Below the pieces are notes generated by a model. That model was not told where the DNA came from. It ran no database searches and was given only the letters and a program-made list of their open reading frames with translations. The translations under genes and the position numbers were made by a program. A stretch of DNA of 58,517 bases from Bacillota bacterium (GTDB taxonomy: Bacteria; Bacillota; Clostridia; Acetivibrionales; JANLFN01), in assembly GCA_030705825.1 (NCBI GenBank), contig JAUZPR010000006.1:1-58517 (forward strand), read 5' to 3'. Below are positions 1 to 9,722 of this stretch, one piece after another (positions within the stretch are counted from its first letter, which is position 1; each line of letters starts with the position of its first letter).

Positions 1-1248
1 ACATCACAGCCGGAATACTGGGACAAGGTGGAAAAGCTTGTGGGTGGAGCTCCTTCAACTTTAAACCTGATATTTCCGGAAGTCTATCTTGGTAAAATTG
101 ATGAAAATAAAAAGATTGAAAAAATTAATAGTACAATGAAGAAATACCTGTCGGGCGGTATTTTATCTGCCCAAAAAACCGGATTTGTTCTTATAGACAG
201 GAAAACGTGCAAGGTTGCTTCAAGAAAAGGTTTAATAATGGCTGTTGACCTTGAAATGTATGATTACAGCAAAGGCTCCCAGTCTCTTATCAGGGCAACC
301 GAAGCAACTGTAGTTGACAGGCTTCCTCCCAGAATCAAAATCAGGGAAAATGCTTCGGTGGAAATTCCCCATATAATGATTCTTATTGATGACGAGGAAA
401 AAACAGTTATTGAGCCGATTGCAGAAAAAAAGGCATGTTCGGAAAAACTCTACGATTTTGAATTGATGCTTGGTGGTGGACATGTCAGAGGCTGCAGCAT
501 AACAGATGCTGAAGATATAGAATCTATATTGGGAGCACTTTCCAGGCTTGCAGAACCATCCTCTTTTTCAAAAAGGTATAATGTACAAAACAAAGGTGTC
601 CTGCTATTTGCAGTAGGTGACGGAAATCACTCCCTTGCAGCGGCAAAGGGGCACTGGGAAAATGTAAAGAAAAGCCTTTTACCTGAAGAAATTGAAACCC
701 ATCCGGCAAGATTTGCTTTGGTGGAGCTTGTTAATGTCCATGACCAAGGTCTTGAATTTGAGCCTATACACAGGGTCGTTTTTAACGTTGACCCCGAAGA
801 TCTGCTTGAGAAGATGCAAAAATACTTCAAGAATTATTCAGGAGTAACCTTAAGATACTTCAATAATCCAAATCAAATGAATGACGAAGCCAAAAAGCTG
901 TCAAACCCGGGCAAGGCACACCTAATCAGGTTTGTAACCTCAAAGTCACAGGGAATTATAGCAGTTGAACAACCCAAATACAACCTTGAGGTAGGTACTC
1001 TTCAGTCATTTCTTGATGATTACTTGAAAAGCTACAGTACCTGCAAAATAGATTACATCCATGGTGATAATACTGTTATTGATTTGGGCTCAAGAGACAA
1101 TTCTATAGGCTTCCTGCTTCCGGTAATGAAGAAGGAGGATCTTTTCAAAACGGTGATTCTGGAAGGCGTCCTGCCTCGGAAGACCTTCTCCATGGGAGAA
1201 GCCGAGGAGAAAAGGTATTATCTTGAATGTAGGAAAATAGTTAAATAA
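1..1248 (+). CDS. DUF1015 family protein, 5'-truncated by the window edge
   Basis: Frame is open from base 1 (TSQPEYWDKVEKL...). Motifs IRATEATVVDRLPPR, AVGDGNHSLA and LPRKTFSMG are typical of DUF1015. Confidence 0.85.
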   Translation, partial: TSQPEYWDKVEKLVGGAPSTLNLIFPEVYLGKIDENKKIEKINSTMKKYLSGGILSAQKTGFVLIDRKTCKVASRKGLIMAVDLEMYDYSKGSQSLIRATEATVVDRLPPRIKIRENASVEIPHIMILIDDEEKTVIEPIAEKKACSEKLYDFELMLGGGHVRGCSITDAEDIESILGALSRLAEPSSFSKRYNVQNKGVLLFAVGDGNHSLAAAKGHWENVKKSLLPEEIETHPARFALVELVNVHDQGLEFEPIHRVVFNVDPEDLLEKMQKYFKNYSGVTLRYFNNPNQMNDEAKKLSNPGKAHLIRFVTSKSQGIIAVEQPKYNLEVGTLQSFLDDYLKSYSTCKIDYIHGDNTVIDLGSRDNSIGFLLPVMKKEDLFKTVILEGVLPRKTFSMGEAEEKRYYLECRKIVK

Positions 1249-1270
1249 AATCTCTAAATCTTGTTTATAG

Positions 1271-1301
1271 CAGGGGTGAACACCAATTCACCCCTGTTTT
1301 T
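1271..1301. terminator. Intrinsic terminator between convergent genes
   Basis: Perfect 10-bp stem caggggtgaa/ttcacccctg followed by a T-run on +. Confidence 0.8.
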
Positions 1302-1307
1302 ATTTCT

Positions 1308-2720
1308 TTAACCCTTATTTATGAATTTCTTAAATTCTTCTAAAAATGCCATCCTGCCTATTGTATTTTTTCTTACCGAAGTCTTTAGTATATGAAATTC
1401 CCCGGTCAGAGTGGGAAGATTCCACTGAGCCTTTGATGAAAGGCTGTTAATTATTCCCGCAATACGTATCCAGTAAAGAACAAACCTGTATAAGGGCATA
1501 ACAAAGCAAATATACCAGTGTTTCCTTAAATATCTTCTTACTGAATTCTGACCCTTAAGATACCGTTCTGAAACTGCCAGATACAAAAAGCTGTTCAACA
1601 GATAGGCCGTATAAAGCAGAAGGTTGGCACCTATCAACAGCTGTAGCGGATAATTTATAAAAAACAGATATATCAAGGCAAAGAACCAGATAAATCTCGG
1701 AAATGCCAAGGTGTGATCCGATACTATTATCCTCATGGAAAACTTTTTAAAATAATCTTTTATACTTCCGGTATGCATTTCTTTAAATAGGCTTGCAACC
1801 TCCAGTTCTCCCCTCTGCCACCTTTGTCTCTGAATATAGAGTTTATCAATACTTTCTATTGGATCAGTATATAAAAAGGCATTGCTGCATAGCTTAATCT
1901 TACCCCCTGCGAATCTTCTTATCTGGAAGGTCATATGGGTATCTTCCCCAATAGTATCGGAATTGTATAGCTGCGTTTTAAGCAGGGCTTCCTTTCTGAA
2001 GCACGAAAATGCCCCCGACATGGTAAAAATGGAATCGGTCATAGATTGAAAGCTTCTGCCCACAAGAAAGGTTTCGGTATATTCAAACAATTCACATTTT
2101 TGAATAAGCTTCATACCCTTACTTTTACTCTGTTCTATACATACCGGGTCAATCAGTACAACTCCTGTCATGCAGTTTATTTTTTTATCGGATTCAAACT
2201 TAGCGGCCACGCTTCTTATTGCATCCTTATCTAGCCATCCGTCACTGTCTATATTTATCAGATACCTTGCAGAACTGCTGAAAATACCCTTGTTCAGTGC
2301 TTTGGACTTACCTCTGCCTGAATTTAACCACCTGATTTTCATATTTGGATGAGCCCGCTGAAAACCTTGGAAAACCTCAAAACTGCCATCTTCTTTTCCA
2401 TTATTAACAAGAATAATCTCTATCCTGCTGTTCGGATAGTTTTGACCTGCAATGGAGTCAAGACATTTTCCAATTGTATTTACTGAATTGAAGACAGGCA
2501 CTATTACCGTCACTTCAGGCATGAAGTCAAGCTTTATATGCTTATTTTTCCGGTATCCTGAAGCTGTAAAAATTCCGCTTACAATACCCGTGATTATCTC
2601 CCATATCAAAGGTATGACAAGCCAGACGCTCCAGAATATGAACTGCTGCAAAATCCTACCTGTTTCCACCAGCCGGCTCACCAACCTTCTGCTTAAGAAT
2701 ATGGGGCTTTGTAAAAACAA
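1308..2720 (-). CDS. XrtG-associated GT2 glycosyltransferase (TIGR03111-like); true start probably GTG at 2669
   Basis: GT2 motifs IVPVFN, NIDSD, GEDT and QRQRW; N- and C-terminal TM helices; overlaps xrtG. Confidence 0.85.
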   Translation of the reverse strand: MFLQSPIFLSRRLVSRLVETGRILQQFIFWSVWLVIPLIWEIITGIVSGIFTASGYRKNKHIKLDFMPEVTVIVPVFNSVNTIGKCLDSIAGQNYPNSRIEIILVNNGKEDGSFEVFQGFQRAHPNMKIRWLNSGRGKSKALNKGIFSSSARYLINIDSDGWLDKDAIRSVAAKFESDKKINCMTGVVLIDPVCIEQSKSKGMKLIQKCELFEYTETFLVGRSFQSMTDSIFTMSGAFSCFRKEALLKTQLYNSDTIGEDTHMTFQIRRFAGGKIKLCSNAFLYTDPIESIDKLYIQRQRWQRGELEVASLFKEMHTGSIKDYFKKFSMRIIVSDHTLAFPRFIWFFALIYLFFINYPLQLLIGANLLLYTAYLLNSFLYLAVSERYLKGQNSVRRYLRKHWYICFVMPLYRFVLYWIRIAGIINSLSSKAQWNLPTLTGEFHILKTSVRKNTIGRMAFLEEFKKFINKG

Positions 2721-3243
2721 TATAATAAAGAATAACTGTCAGTATAAAAAAGAGGAATCTGGCAATTACAGTATGACTTATAAAGAATGCCGCCGGCCCG
2801 AATAATTTAACAATGCTGCATATCACAAATATTCTTGCAACATTTGCAGCAAAAATATAGAAAGCACCCGCCGCTGCAAGAAACCCCTTCATCCTCCATG
2901 AATACAATGGGTAGAATGACAGAAGGCAAATATATACCAATGTTTCAATTATTCCCGAGCATTCATAGTCTATAAAAAAGGAAACTGCCTGCAGCTTGTA
3001 ATTAACGGTAACTGACAAATAGCCGGGGTAAGCCGATATCATTCCTGTAACCTTTCCGAATATATACATAATATAGGTAACACCATACCCGAGATAACTC
3101 TCGATAGTACCGGTTCCCATGTACATAAGCAACAGGAACATACCTATGCTGCCGGCTGCGAACAGGAAGAAAGCCATGTTTTTTCTTTTAAGCAAAACCA
3201 ACAAAAGAATCCATAATATTAATAGAAAGGATACAAATATCAC
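2656..3243 (-). CDS. xrtG: Exosortase family protein XrtG
   Basis: Multi-TM protein with the exosortase triad: Cys in IDYECSG, Arg in NVARI, His in SHT. Gene context matches. Confidence 0.85.
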   Translation of the reverse strand: MIFVSFLLILWILLLVLLKRKNMAFFLFAAGSIGMFLLLMYMGTGTIESYLGYGVTYIMYIFGKVTGMISAYPGYLSVTVNYKLQAVSFFIDYECSGIIETLVYICLLSFYPLYSWRMKGFLAAAGAFYIFAANVARIFVICSIVKLFGPAAFFISHTVIARFLFFILTVILYYIVFTKPHILKQKVGEPAGGNR

Positions 3244-3992
3244 TCTGGCTCACCTCTTCGTTTTCTCTTTCCAACCGACATAACAGAGATAAATCCTGAT
3301 AAAACTATTAAGACCGATACTGAAGCAGTAAAAACTGGAAAGGTCGAGATAGTGGAAATGGTTATATACCCCGAATCCGGAGCCCTGTCTCTGCCGCTCT
3401 GATAATAAAGTTCAACCTGATATCCGCTTTTAGTGCTGCTTGCCAGCTGTGAAAGCGGTATATAAAATCCAACCCTGTTTGCCGTATTTTCATCATCCCC
3501 CCATAACCCTCCGGTACTCCAAAGGTATTGTCCCTTTTCGTTAAGAAGAAGTACAATAACCCATCTTGTATAAGGATGGTAAAAAACATAAGCTGTCCTG
3601 TTTCCCGAATCGGTTTTAAAATTTGCCGAAAACAGCCAATAGGTATATTTATATGAGTTTGAATTAAAATTTCCGATTATGTCCTTATAAAGGTCATCAT
3701 ATTTCAAATCCTTTTCTTTAGAATTTCCTTTAGTATTGTTTCCCGATCCCTGCTGCCTTTCACAGTACAGATAAAGGTTCCCTGCGGACGAGTCAGGATA
3801 CCATTTCATATTTACCATGTCCATAAAAGAGGACTCATCCCCTTTAGGATCGGATAATGAGGGTTTGTCAGCCCAGTCTGAAAAATTACCGTCAAGAGTG
3901 ATTCCCGATGCAGCCATTACCGGTATAGGAACATACAAAATACATATAACAACAAAAATCACAATAATAAATTTTTTCATAATCGGTTTCAA
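3240..3992 (-). CDS. Secreted protein with a C-terminal sorting signal (Firmicu-CTERM-like), probable XrtG substrate
   Basis: Signal peptide (MKKFII...VMA), ITLDGNFSDW motif, C-terminal STFP + TM helix + basic KRKRR tail; directly upstream of xrtG. Confidence 0.7.
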   Translation of the reverse strand: MKPIMKKFIIVIFVVICILYVPIPVMAASGITLDGNFSDWADKPSLSDPKGDESSFMDMVNMKWYPDSSAGNLYLYCERQQGSGNNTKGNSKEKDLKYDDLYKDIIGNFNSNSYKYTYWLFSANFKTDSGNRTAYVFYHPYTRWVIVLLLNEKGQYLWSTGGLWGDDENTANRVGFYIPLSQLASSTKSGYQVELYYQSGRDRAPDSGYITISTISTFPVFTASVSVLIVLSGFISVMSVGKRKRRGEPE

Positions 3993-4018
3993 CCCACCTT
4001 ATATACAAGTTTCCTCAT

Positions 4019-7000
4019 TTAAAGCAGAATCTCTTTTTTCTTTTTTATTGAAACAAATAAAAGTAAGAATACTGCTGCAAGTCCGGCTGTACTTAAGCCA
4101 ATTCCTTCCGCTAGATAGGGATAATTAACCCTTATCTTTAATTCATTGTTTTTCATATATATAAGGTTATGGATACTTTCATAGGTTCCGGTAATGCTTG
4201 CAAAAGAATCCAGAGCCGATACCGGGGTGAGTGTATCCCGGCTTTCCGCCTTTATATCAAGTACATTATTTTTGTTATTGATATCAAGCCTGATGATCCT
4301 TCTTTCGGGAAGAACATTTTCTTTTAAACCTGTTATCTGTTCAAGCAGCTTTATTACACTTTCATCCTTGGTTTGAAGTGCAAAAAAAGGAAGGTTAAAG
4401 CCCATGATTTCAATATTCTGATTGAATTTTGTACCTATGAAATTCATGTTCTGGTTGGAATAATATGTGTTTCCCTGTACTCCGTCCAGATTTTCAAGAT
4501 ACTCTGTTTTCCATCTGCTGTATTCCTTTGGTATGCTGTTCAGTATATCAATTTTGTTGTTGTCAAACTCAAGCAAGGGATATTTTCCGTTGAATTGGAC
4601 AGGCTGAGCCGATACGCCCAAAAACTCCGGCCTGGACGAAAAAACATCAGGCTGGGCACCGGTCATATCTATAATTACTTTTACACCTTTTTGTGAAACC
4701 GTTTTAATCAAGGCTTCTGCTTTAGACTTATTCCTGTATTCAAAACCGGATAGGAAGATCACTCTGTATTTTGACAGCTGTTCCTGGGTGTAATCATCTA
4801 TAAAATAACTTCCTCCGGTTTGCAATTGCGGAAACATATATGCAAGATTAGGTGCATATTTGCCGATACCTAACCCTTCATACTCCGGTTTTGTCCCAAA
4901 GGTGTAATTAAAAGGGAGCCTTAAAACCATAATTTTGTCAGATTTATAAACAGGCTTATAGCCTGCCTCTGAAGCGCTGTTAAGCATATCCGCTTGGTCC
5001 TTGAACTTATCGTTCTTTATTATAATTGTATCTGCACCCAATTCAAGACACCTATCAAAGGCAAAAGGTAGCCAGTTATTTTCTACAGCAGTATTTATCC
5101 AGACTATGTTACCTGAGGTTTCAGCTCCCTGCCATGCCCACCCGTATACCTGGCTAATGTTTTTTCCTGCTGGATTGTCACTCAGGTAATAACCTGGATA
5201 AGATCCGAAGGTACTCAGGTCAAGAACAGCTATCTTATGACCGGCCAGGTTTACTGCATGTTCAAGATCTTCAGATATGGCTGGAGGGGTTACACCAAAA
5301 GCCAAAACGCTGAATGAAATAAAGCAATCCACTGCTACAAGCAATAAAAGGGAAATAAGAATGCTTTTTCTTAGAGGGTCCCAGAATAACAGTCCAACAA
5401 AGAATATCCCCATTGCAAAGGGAGTAAAGCGTTCCATCCAGAAGAGCTGGTTGAGCGGCATTTTTTCAATCAAAGGTGCTGTTATTGACAGGGTCCCTAT
5501 AAAAAACAGAATTACCAAACCGAAAGCACCTCTGCTTTTTTTGTTTCCGAACAACAAACCGGCAAATGAAACTATTATTACAGACAGTCCGAAATAGAAT
5601 GCTTCCCTGTTCTGGGTCAGCCTGATCAAAGGGTTAAGCGACTGCGTAAGAGGATGCGATAGCTGCAAGGCAAGAGACGATAGTGCTCCCTGGTCAATTG
5701 AAAACATGCCTCCTTTTAGTGCGGGATATAACCAAACTCCGGCAAGCATAATTCCTGCTACTGCAAAAGCCAGTGCTTCCAAACACTGTCTCAGCTTCCT
5801 CCGGGACAAGCCATACCACAAAAGAAACGCAAACATGGTAATGCCTGCCATAGCTGCAATCATTGCATGGCATAAGGTTATCAGAAACATAAGGACAGCA
5901 ATTAAAAGTCCCGTGGTTCTTTTCCTTTTTTCAACATACAGCCAGACAGCCAGCAGCAAATACGGAAAAATCACACCGACTGCTGCTCTTGGCAGATTAC
6001 CTTCCGAAAACAGTACTCTAAGGTTGTCAGGTATAAAAAACCATAAAAATCCAAGCAGCAGGCCCAATATCTGTCTATTGGTCTTAATGCCCCAGAAAAC
6101 CCAACCAAAGGCGCCTGTTATAAATAGAGCTGCCATAAATAGCGAATAGGACACCGGAATACTGCCATGGCTGATAAAAAGAAACAAAGTATACAAGTAA
6201 TAAGGAAAAGGTGCCCAGTACCTGAAAGGCTGAATTCCGTTGTACCACAAATCAGTATAAAGCGGGAATATGTTCCCGGATTTTATGCTCTTGTAAAGCA
6301 GATCAGCCTTGAATATATGGCCCCAAGTATCCGAACCCCATGGATATGCACCGTTTCCGGTAATATATAGTATTAAAACAACTGTAGTCGGTAATATGAT
6401 ACAGAGGGAAAGTAAAAGGAATTTTTTATTTTTTCTCAAGGATGTTTTATTATCAAAATTACCGTCCTTAATATCACTGATCATTAATACATTTGAGCCA
6501 TCCCCCGGCTTACCGGATATAATCCCTGTGCCCTTATCCATTTCAATTATCTCTTCTTCACTTTCTAACTTATCTGGAACAGGTGCTATCGGGTTTTCAG
6601 GCTCCAATGTTTCAAGTTCATAGGATAAACCTGTTGCCTCGACCAGCCTTGTAATTGAGTCCTCGATTTTATCATTTTTAGAAACAATATATGTTCTTGC
6701 GGGATTCTCGCTTATTTCAAGGGATTCGAGAAGCCAGCCCGACTTTTCGGATATGGCTGATATTTTTTCAAAGAAAAAATCCCCTATATTCTCCATAGTC
6801 GGATTACATGAAGAAAAAAGGGGAGTTTCGTTCAAAAGGCACCCCTCAAACTCTGAAAAATAGGCATGTATTTCATTTTCTATCTCACTGAACTGCCAGA
6901 AAGTATCCCCTTCTTTTTTGATATAAAGTACAAACTCCCATGTATGGGGATGGATTCCGCTTTCGCCTGTTCCTATTCTTATATTGTGTCTGGCATTCAG

Positions 7001-7033
7001 GTAAAACCTGAAACGGTATGATCTTGTTGCCAT
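4019..7033 (-). CDS. Fusion of a QueD/PTPS-like T-fold domain and a PTPS-related polytopic membrane (GT-C-like) protein
   Basis: N-terminal LNARH...HPHTW...PTMENI...ISEN; acidic linker; then many TM helices with WGSDTWGH and WYNGIQPFRYWAP, and a large C-terminal soluble domain. Confidence 0.8.
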   Translation of the reverse strand: MATRSYRFRFYLNARHNIRIGTGESGIHPHTWEFVLYIKKEGDTFWQFSEIENEIHAYFSEFEGCLLNETPLFSSCNPTMENIGDFFFEKISAISEKSGWLLESLEISENPARTYIVSKNDKIEDSITRLVEATGLSYELETLEPENPIAPVPDKLESEEEIIEMDKGTGIISGKPGDGSNVLMISDIKDGNFDNKTSLRKNKKFLLLSLCIILPTTVVLILYITGNGAYPWGSDTWGHIFKADLLYKSIKSGNIFPLYTDLWYNGIQPFRYWAPFPYYLYTLFLFISHGSIPVSYSLFMAALFITGAFGWVFWGIKTNRQILGLLLGFLWFFIPDNLRVLFSEGNLPRAAVGVIFPYLLLAVWLYVEKRKRTTGLLIAVLMFLITLCHAMIAAMAGITMFAFLLWYGLSRRKLRQCLEALAFAVAGIMLAGVWLYPALKGGMFSIDQGALSSLALQLSHPLTQSLNPLIRLTQNREAFYFGLSVIIVSFAGLLFGNKKSRGAFGLVILFFIGTLSITAPLIEKMPLNQLFWMERFTPFAMGIFFVGLLFWDPLRKSILISLLLLVAVDCFISFSVLAFGVTPPAISEDLEHAVNLAGHKIAVLDLSTFGSYPGYYLSDNPAGKNISQVYGWAWQGAETSGNIVWINTAVENNWLPFAFDRCLELGADTIIIKNDKFKDQADMLNSASEAGYKPVYKSDKIMVLRLPFNYTFGTKPEYEGLGIGKYAPNLAYMFPQLQTGGSYFIDDYTQEQLSKYRVIFLSGFEYRNKSKAEALIKTVSQKGVKVIIDMTGAQPDVFSSRPEFLGVSAQPVQFNGKYPLLEFDNNKIDILNSIPKEYSRWKTEYLENLDGVQGNTYYSNQNMNFIGTKFNQNIEIMGFNLPFFALQTKDESVIKLLEQITGLKENVLPERRIIRLDINNKNNVLDIKAESRDTLTPVSALDSFASITGTYESIHNLIYMKNNELKIRVNYPYLAEGIGLSTAGLAAVFLLLFVSIKKKKEILL

Positions 7034-7081
7034 GTTTGTTCCTCTTGTCTAAGGCGTGTTGTTTAAGCAATACCAAAACTG

Positions 7082-7876
7082 TTATTTATAGAGGCTTTCC
7101 ACCGAATCTTTGCTTGCTAAAGGCATCTGAACCTTTGCAAGCAGCATAAAATAACCCTTGATTGTTTTTGGTATATTCATTTTGCTTTTGCCTTCTTTTA
7201 AATCATATTGAAGAATCAGAGGGAATTCCCCCGCCCTAATACCTATTTTGCAGAATTTGGCAAGCAGTTCGGCCATACAGTCGAAACCATTCGTTGTTAT
7301 AAGCCTGTTCCGGTATATTTCAGCCGCTTTCCTCAAATAACCTATGTTGTATGCCCTGAAACCACTGGAATAATCAGTTATATTGGCAATAGGAAAAAAG
7401 GTTTTAAAAAAAATCAAAGCTCCTCTGCTGAATAATTTTCTAATCAGCGGGACTCCGTTCTCCATGCTGCCAGGAGTAAAACGTGACGCAACTACAAGAT
7501 CAAGGCTTTCCCGGTAAAGTTTCAGGCACATATCAGAAATAATAAAAGGATCATGGGTATTATCCGCATCCAAAGTTACCAGAATGTCATTGTCGGAATA
7601 TTTGTCAATAGCAGTGTTTATAAGGATTTTGACAGCTTCCCCCAAGCCCATGTTTTTCGAGTTGTTTATATAGTGAACATATTCATACTTGCCCGAATTA
7701 GCTTTTAATATCTCACCGGTCCTGTCGGTACTGCCATCATTAACAACCAATACATCCATTCTGCTGCCCATTTTTTTACGTAAAACTTTAAGCTTTTCAA
7801 AGAGCTTTGGCAGAGCAGCTTCTTCGTTATATGCCGGGAGACCGATTACAATTCTCTTTTCCATAAGTAACCTCAC
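7082..7876 (-). CDS. GT2 glycosyltransferase, DPM1/polyprenol-phosphate glycosyltransferase-like
   Basis: Motifs LPAYNEE, VNDGSTD, LDADNTH, ASRF and DYSSGFRAY. Confidence 0.85.
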   Translation of the reverse strand: MRLLMEKRIVIGLPAYNEEAALPKLFEKLKVLRKKMGSRMDVLVVNDGSTDRTGEILKANSGKYEYVHYINNSKNMGLGEAVKILINTAIDKYSDNDILVTLDADNTHDPFIISDMCLKLYRESLDLVVASRFTPGSMENGVPLIRKLFSRGALIFFKTFFPIANITDYSSGFRAYNIGYLRKAAEIYRNRLITTNGFDCMAELLAKFCKIGIRAGEFPLILQYDLKEGKSKMNIPKTIKGYFMLLAKVQMPLASKDSVESLYK

Positions 7877-8051
7877 AGTAATGATGTTAGTTTACATAAT
7901 ACTGTGATTATAACATTAAATAAATGTCTTTTTAAAAGGCAATTATTTCTTAAAACACAATCAGATTAGATATTACTCAACTCTCCGAGTAACACATGTT
8001 TGTTTCGAGACATAAAATATAGTTGAATGATTTAAAATCCGGTGAAAATAA

Positions 8052-9512
8052 ATGAGAAGAGGCTATTATTATAATTTCGGCAAGCCCGAACCCGTCTCAA
8101 GCAAACCCGAACCAAAAGACAGCCAGATCAGCTCTCCTTCAGACATAATTGAAAAAGACTTCCGTGGGGGTATAATTGACCAGCATAAAAAGATTGAAAT
8201 GTATTTATTCACCTTGTTTGATAAAGCCATGCTGCCGCGTGAGTATACAAGTCCTGCTCCTATCAAGAGCGGTACAACCATGCTGGAAGAAGTCCACAGG
8301 TATATTAAAAGAAAAGATGCAAATGGCGAGCTGGTTAACAAGGTACGTGCATACATTTCGGCAGCTGTACCTTCGCTTGAAAAGGAATACCTGAGCCAGA
8401 GCAAATTTTTCAAAATACGTTATACGACAACAGGTACAAATTCCGTACCTGGGGATGATACAAACCGGAACGGAATACCTGATTATGTAGAAGCAGTAGC
8501 GGCAGCCTTTGAGAATGCTAAAGCTGTAACTTGTGGGCAAAGAGGCTTCAAGACCCCTATTCTGGATTCAGGCAAACCATCTATGGATATCAACTTATAC
8601 GACCTGAATGGAAAATACGGGATTACCTTTCCCCAAAAATCCTATACCAAGGATAATGGTTTAAGGCTTACATCAAGTTCAATAAGTATCGATAACAATT
8701 ATTCATCTCAAAAGGGATTCAAGGAAGCAAGCCTCGATTGCATGAAAGTTACCGCTGCACATGAATTTTTCCATGCCGTTCAAAATTCCTACAATGCCGA
8801 TTCGGATTCATGGTGGAAAGAGGCTTCGGCAACCTGGAACGAAGATGAAGTATATGACGGTGTCAACGATTATCTGCAATATCTCGGAAAATATATGTCT
8901 TCACCGGGAATGCCGCTTGACCAGACCAGCTACAGCGGTGTAATATTTGTAAAATTCATATCGGAATACTGGGGCGGTTATGAAACGGTAAAAAGCATAT
9001 GGGATACCCAGGCAAAGCGTTATAGAAACAGTGTGAATGCAATCGACACTGCAATAAAATCCAAATATAGAATTGAAGATCTCGGAAGTATTTATAACAG
9101 ATTTACAGCTTGTAACTATAATCCATCCCAGTACTATAAGGAAGGATACCTATGGAATACCACAGTCGCCCTGCAAGATACAATCGAGAAATATCCTTCT
9201 GAAGGGATAAAAGGCACTCTGAGCCATCTTTCATCAAATTACACCTTGTTTAAAGCAGGAAACTCCGCTAAAACATTAAAAGTCCAGGTTCAGGGAACAT
9301 CTGGCACTCAGTGGGGATTCAAGGTTGTCAAAAGAAGGTCGTCGGATAAGAAATGTGAAGCCGTCAGCATACCCTTTGACTCCAGGACAAATACCAGTGA
9401 ATTTATATGCGAAGGCTTCGGAAGTACGTATAACGAGGTCTGCCTTGTATGCTCCAATCTCGATAAGACCTCCGATGGAGGGGTATACACTGTTAAGGCA
9501 AGTGTGGAGTAG
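8052..9512 (+). CDS. Putative zinc metalloprotease (MXAN_6640-like)
   Basis: TAAHEFFHAVQ (HExxH), downstream WWKEASATW, and DTNRNGIPDYVE. Confidence 0.7.
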   Translation: MRRGYYYNFGKPEPVSSKPEPKDSQISSPSDIIEKDFRGGIIDQHKKIEMYLFTLFDKAMLPREYTSPAPIKSGTTMLEEVHRYIKRKDANGELVNKVRAYISAAVPSLEKEYLSQSKFFKIRYTTTGTNSVPGDDTNRNGIPDYVEAVAAAFENAKAVTCGQRGFKTPILDSGKPSMDINLYDLNGKYGITFPQKSYTKDNGLRLTSSSISIDNNYSSQKGFKEASLDCMKVTAAHEFFHAVQNSYNADSDSWWKEASATWNEDEVYDGVNDYLQYLGKYMSSPGMPLDQTSYSGVIFVKFISEYWGGYETVKSIWDTQAKRYRNSVNAIDTAIKSKYRIEDLGSIYNRFTACNYNPSQYYKEGYLWNTTVALQDTIEKYPSEGIKGTLSHLSSNYTLFKAGNSAKTLKVQVQGTSGTQWGFKVVKRRSSDKKCEAVSIPFDSRTNTSEFICEGFGSTYNEVCLVCSNLDKTSDGGVYTVKASVE

Positions 9513-9525
9513 ATGGTTGGGGGTT

Positions 9526-9552
9526 GTAGGGAACGGTGCCCTCACCGTTCCG
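9526..9552 (+). repeat. GTAG-type REP-like palindrome
   Basis: 5' GTAG followed by a 9-bp stem ggaacggtg/caccgttcc. Confidence 0.6.
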
Positions 9553-9592
9553 GTCAAGACATAGGGGCTCCGTCTCTATCTCCCCCTCCTCT

Positions 9593-9714
9593 AACCCTCA
9601 TCCCTAACCCTTCCCCCAGCGCATTGGGGGAAGGGAACTTAAATTCAATAAAAAATAGCTCCGTAGCAATACCCGTCCTTCCCCTCGATGTGAGGGGAAG
9701 ATAGATAGGGAGTT
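9593..9714. repeat. Inverted pair of C/G-rich palindromic extragenic units
   Basis: Hairpins cccttccccca/tgggggaaggg (9608-9635) and cttcccctc/gaggggaag (9678-9700). Confidence 0.55.
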
Positions 9715-9722
9715 AACCCTTA

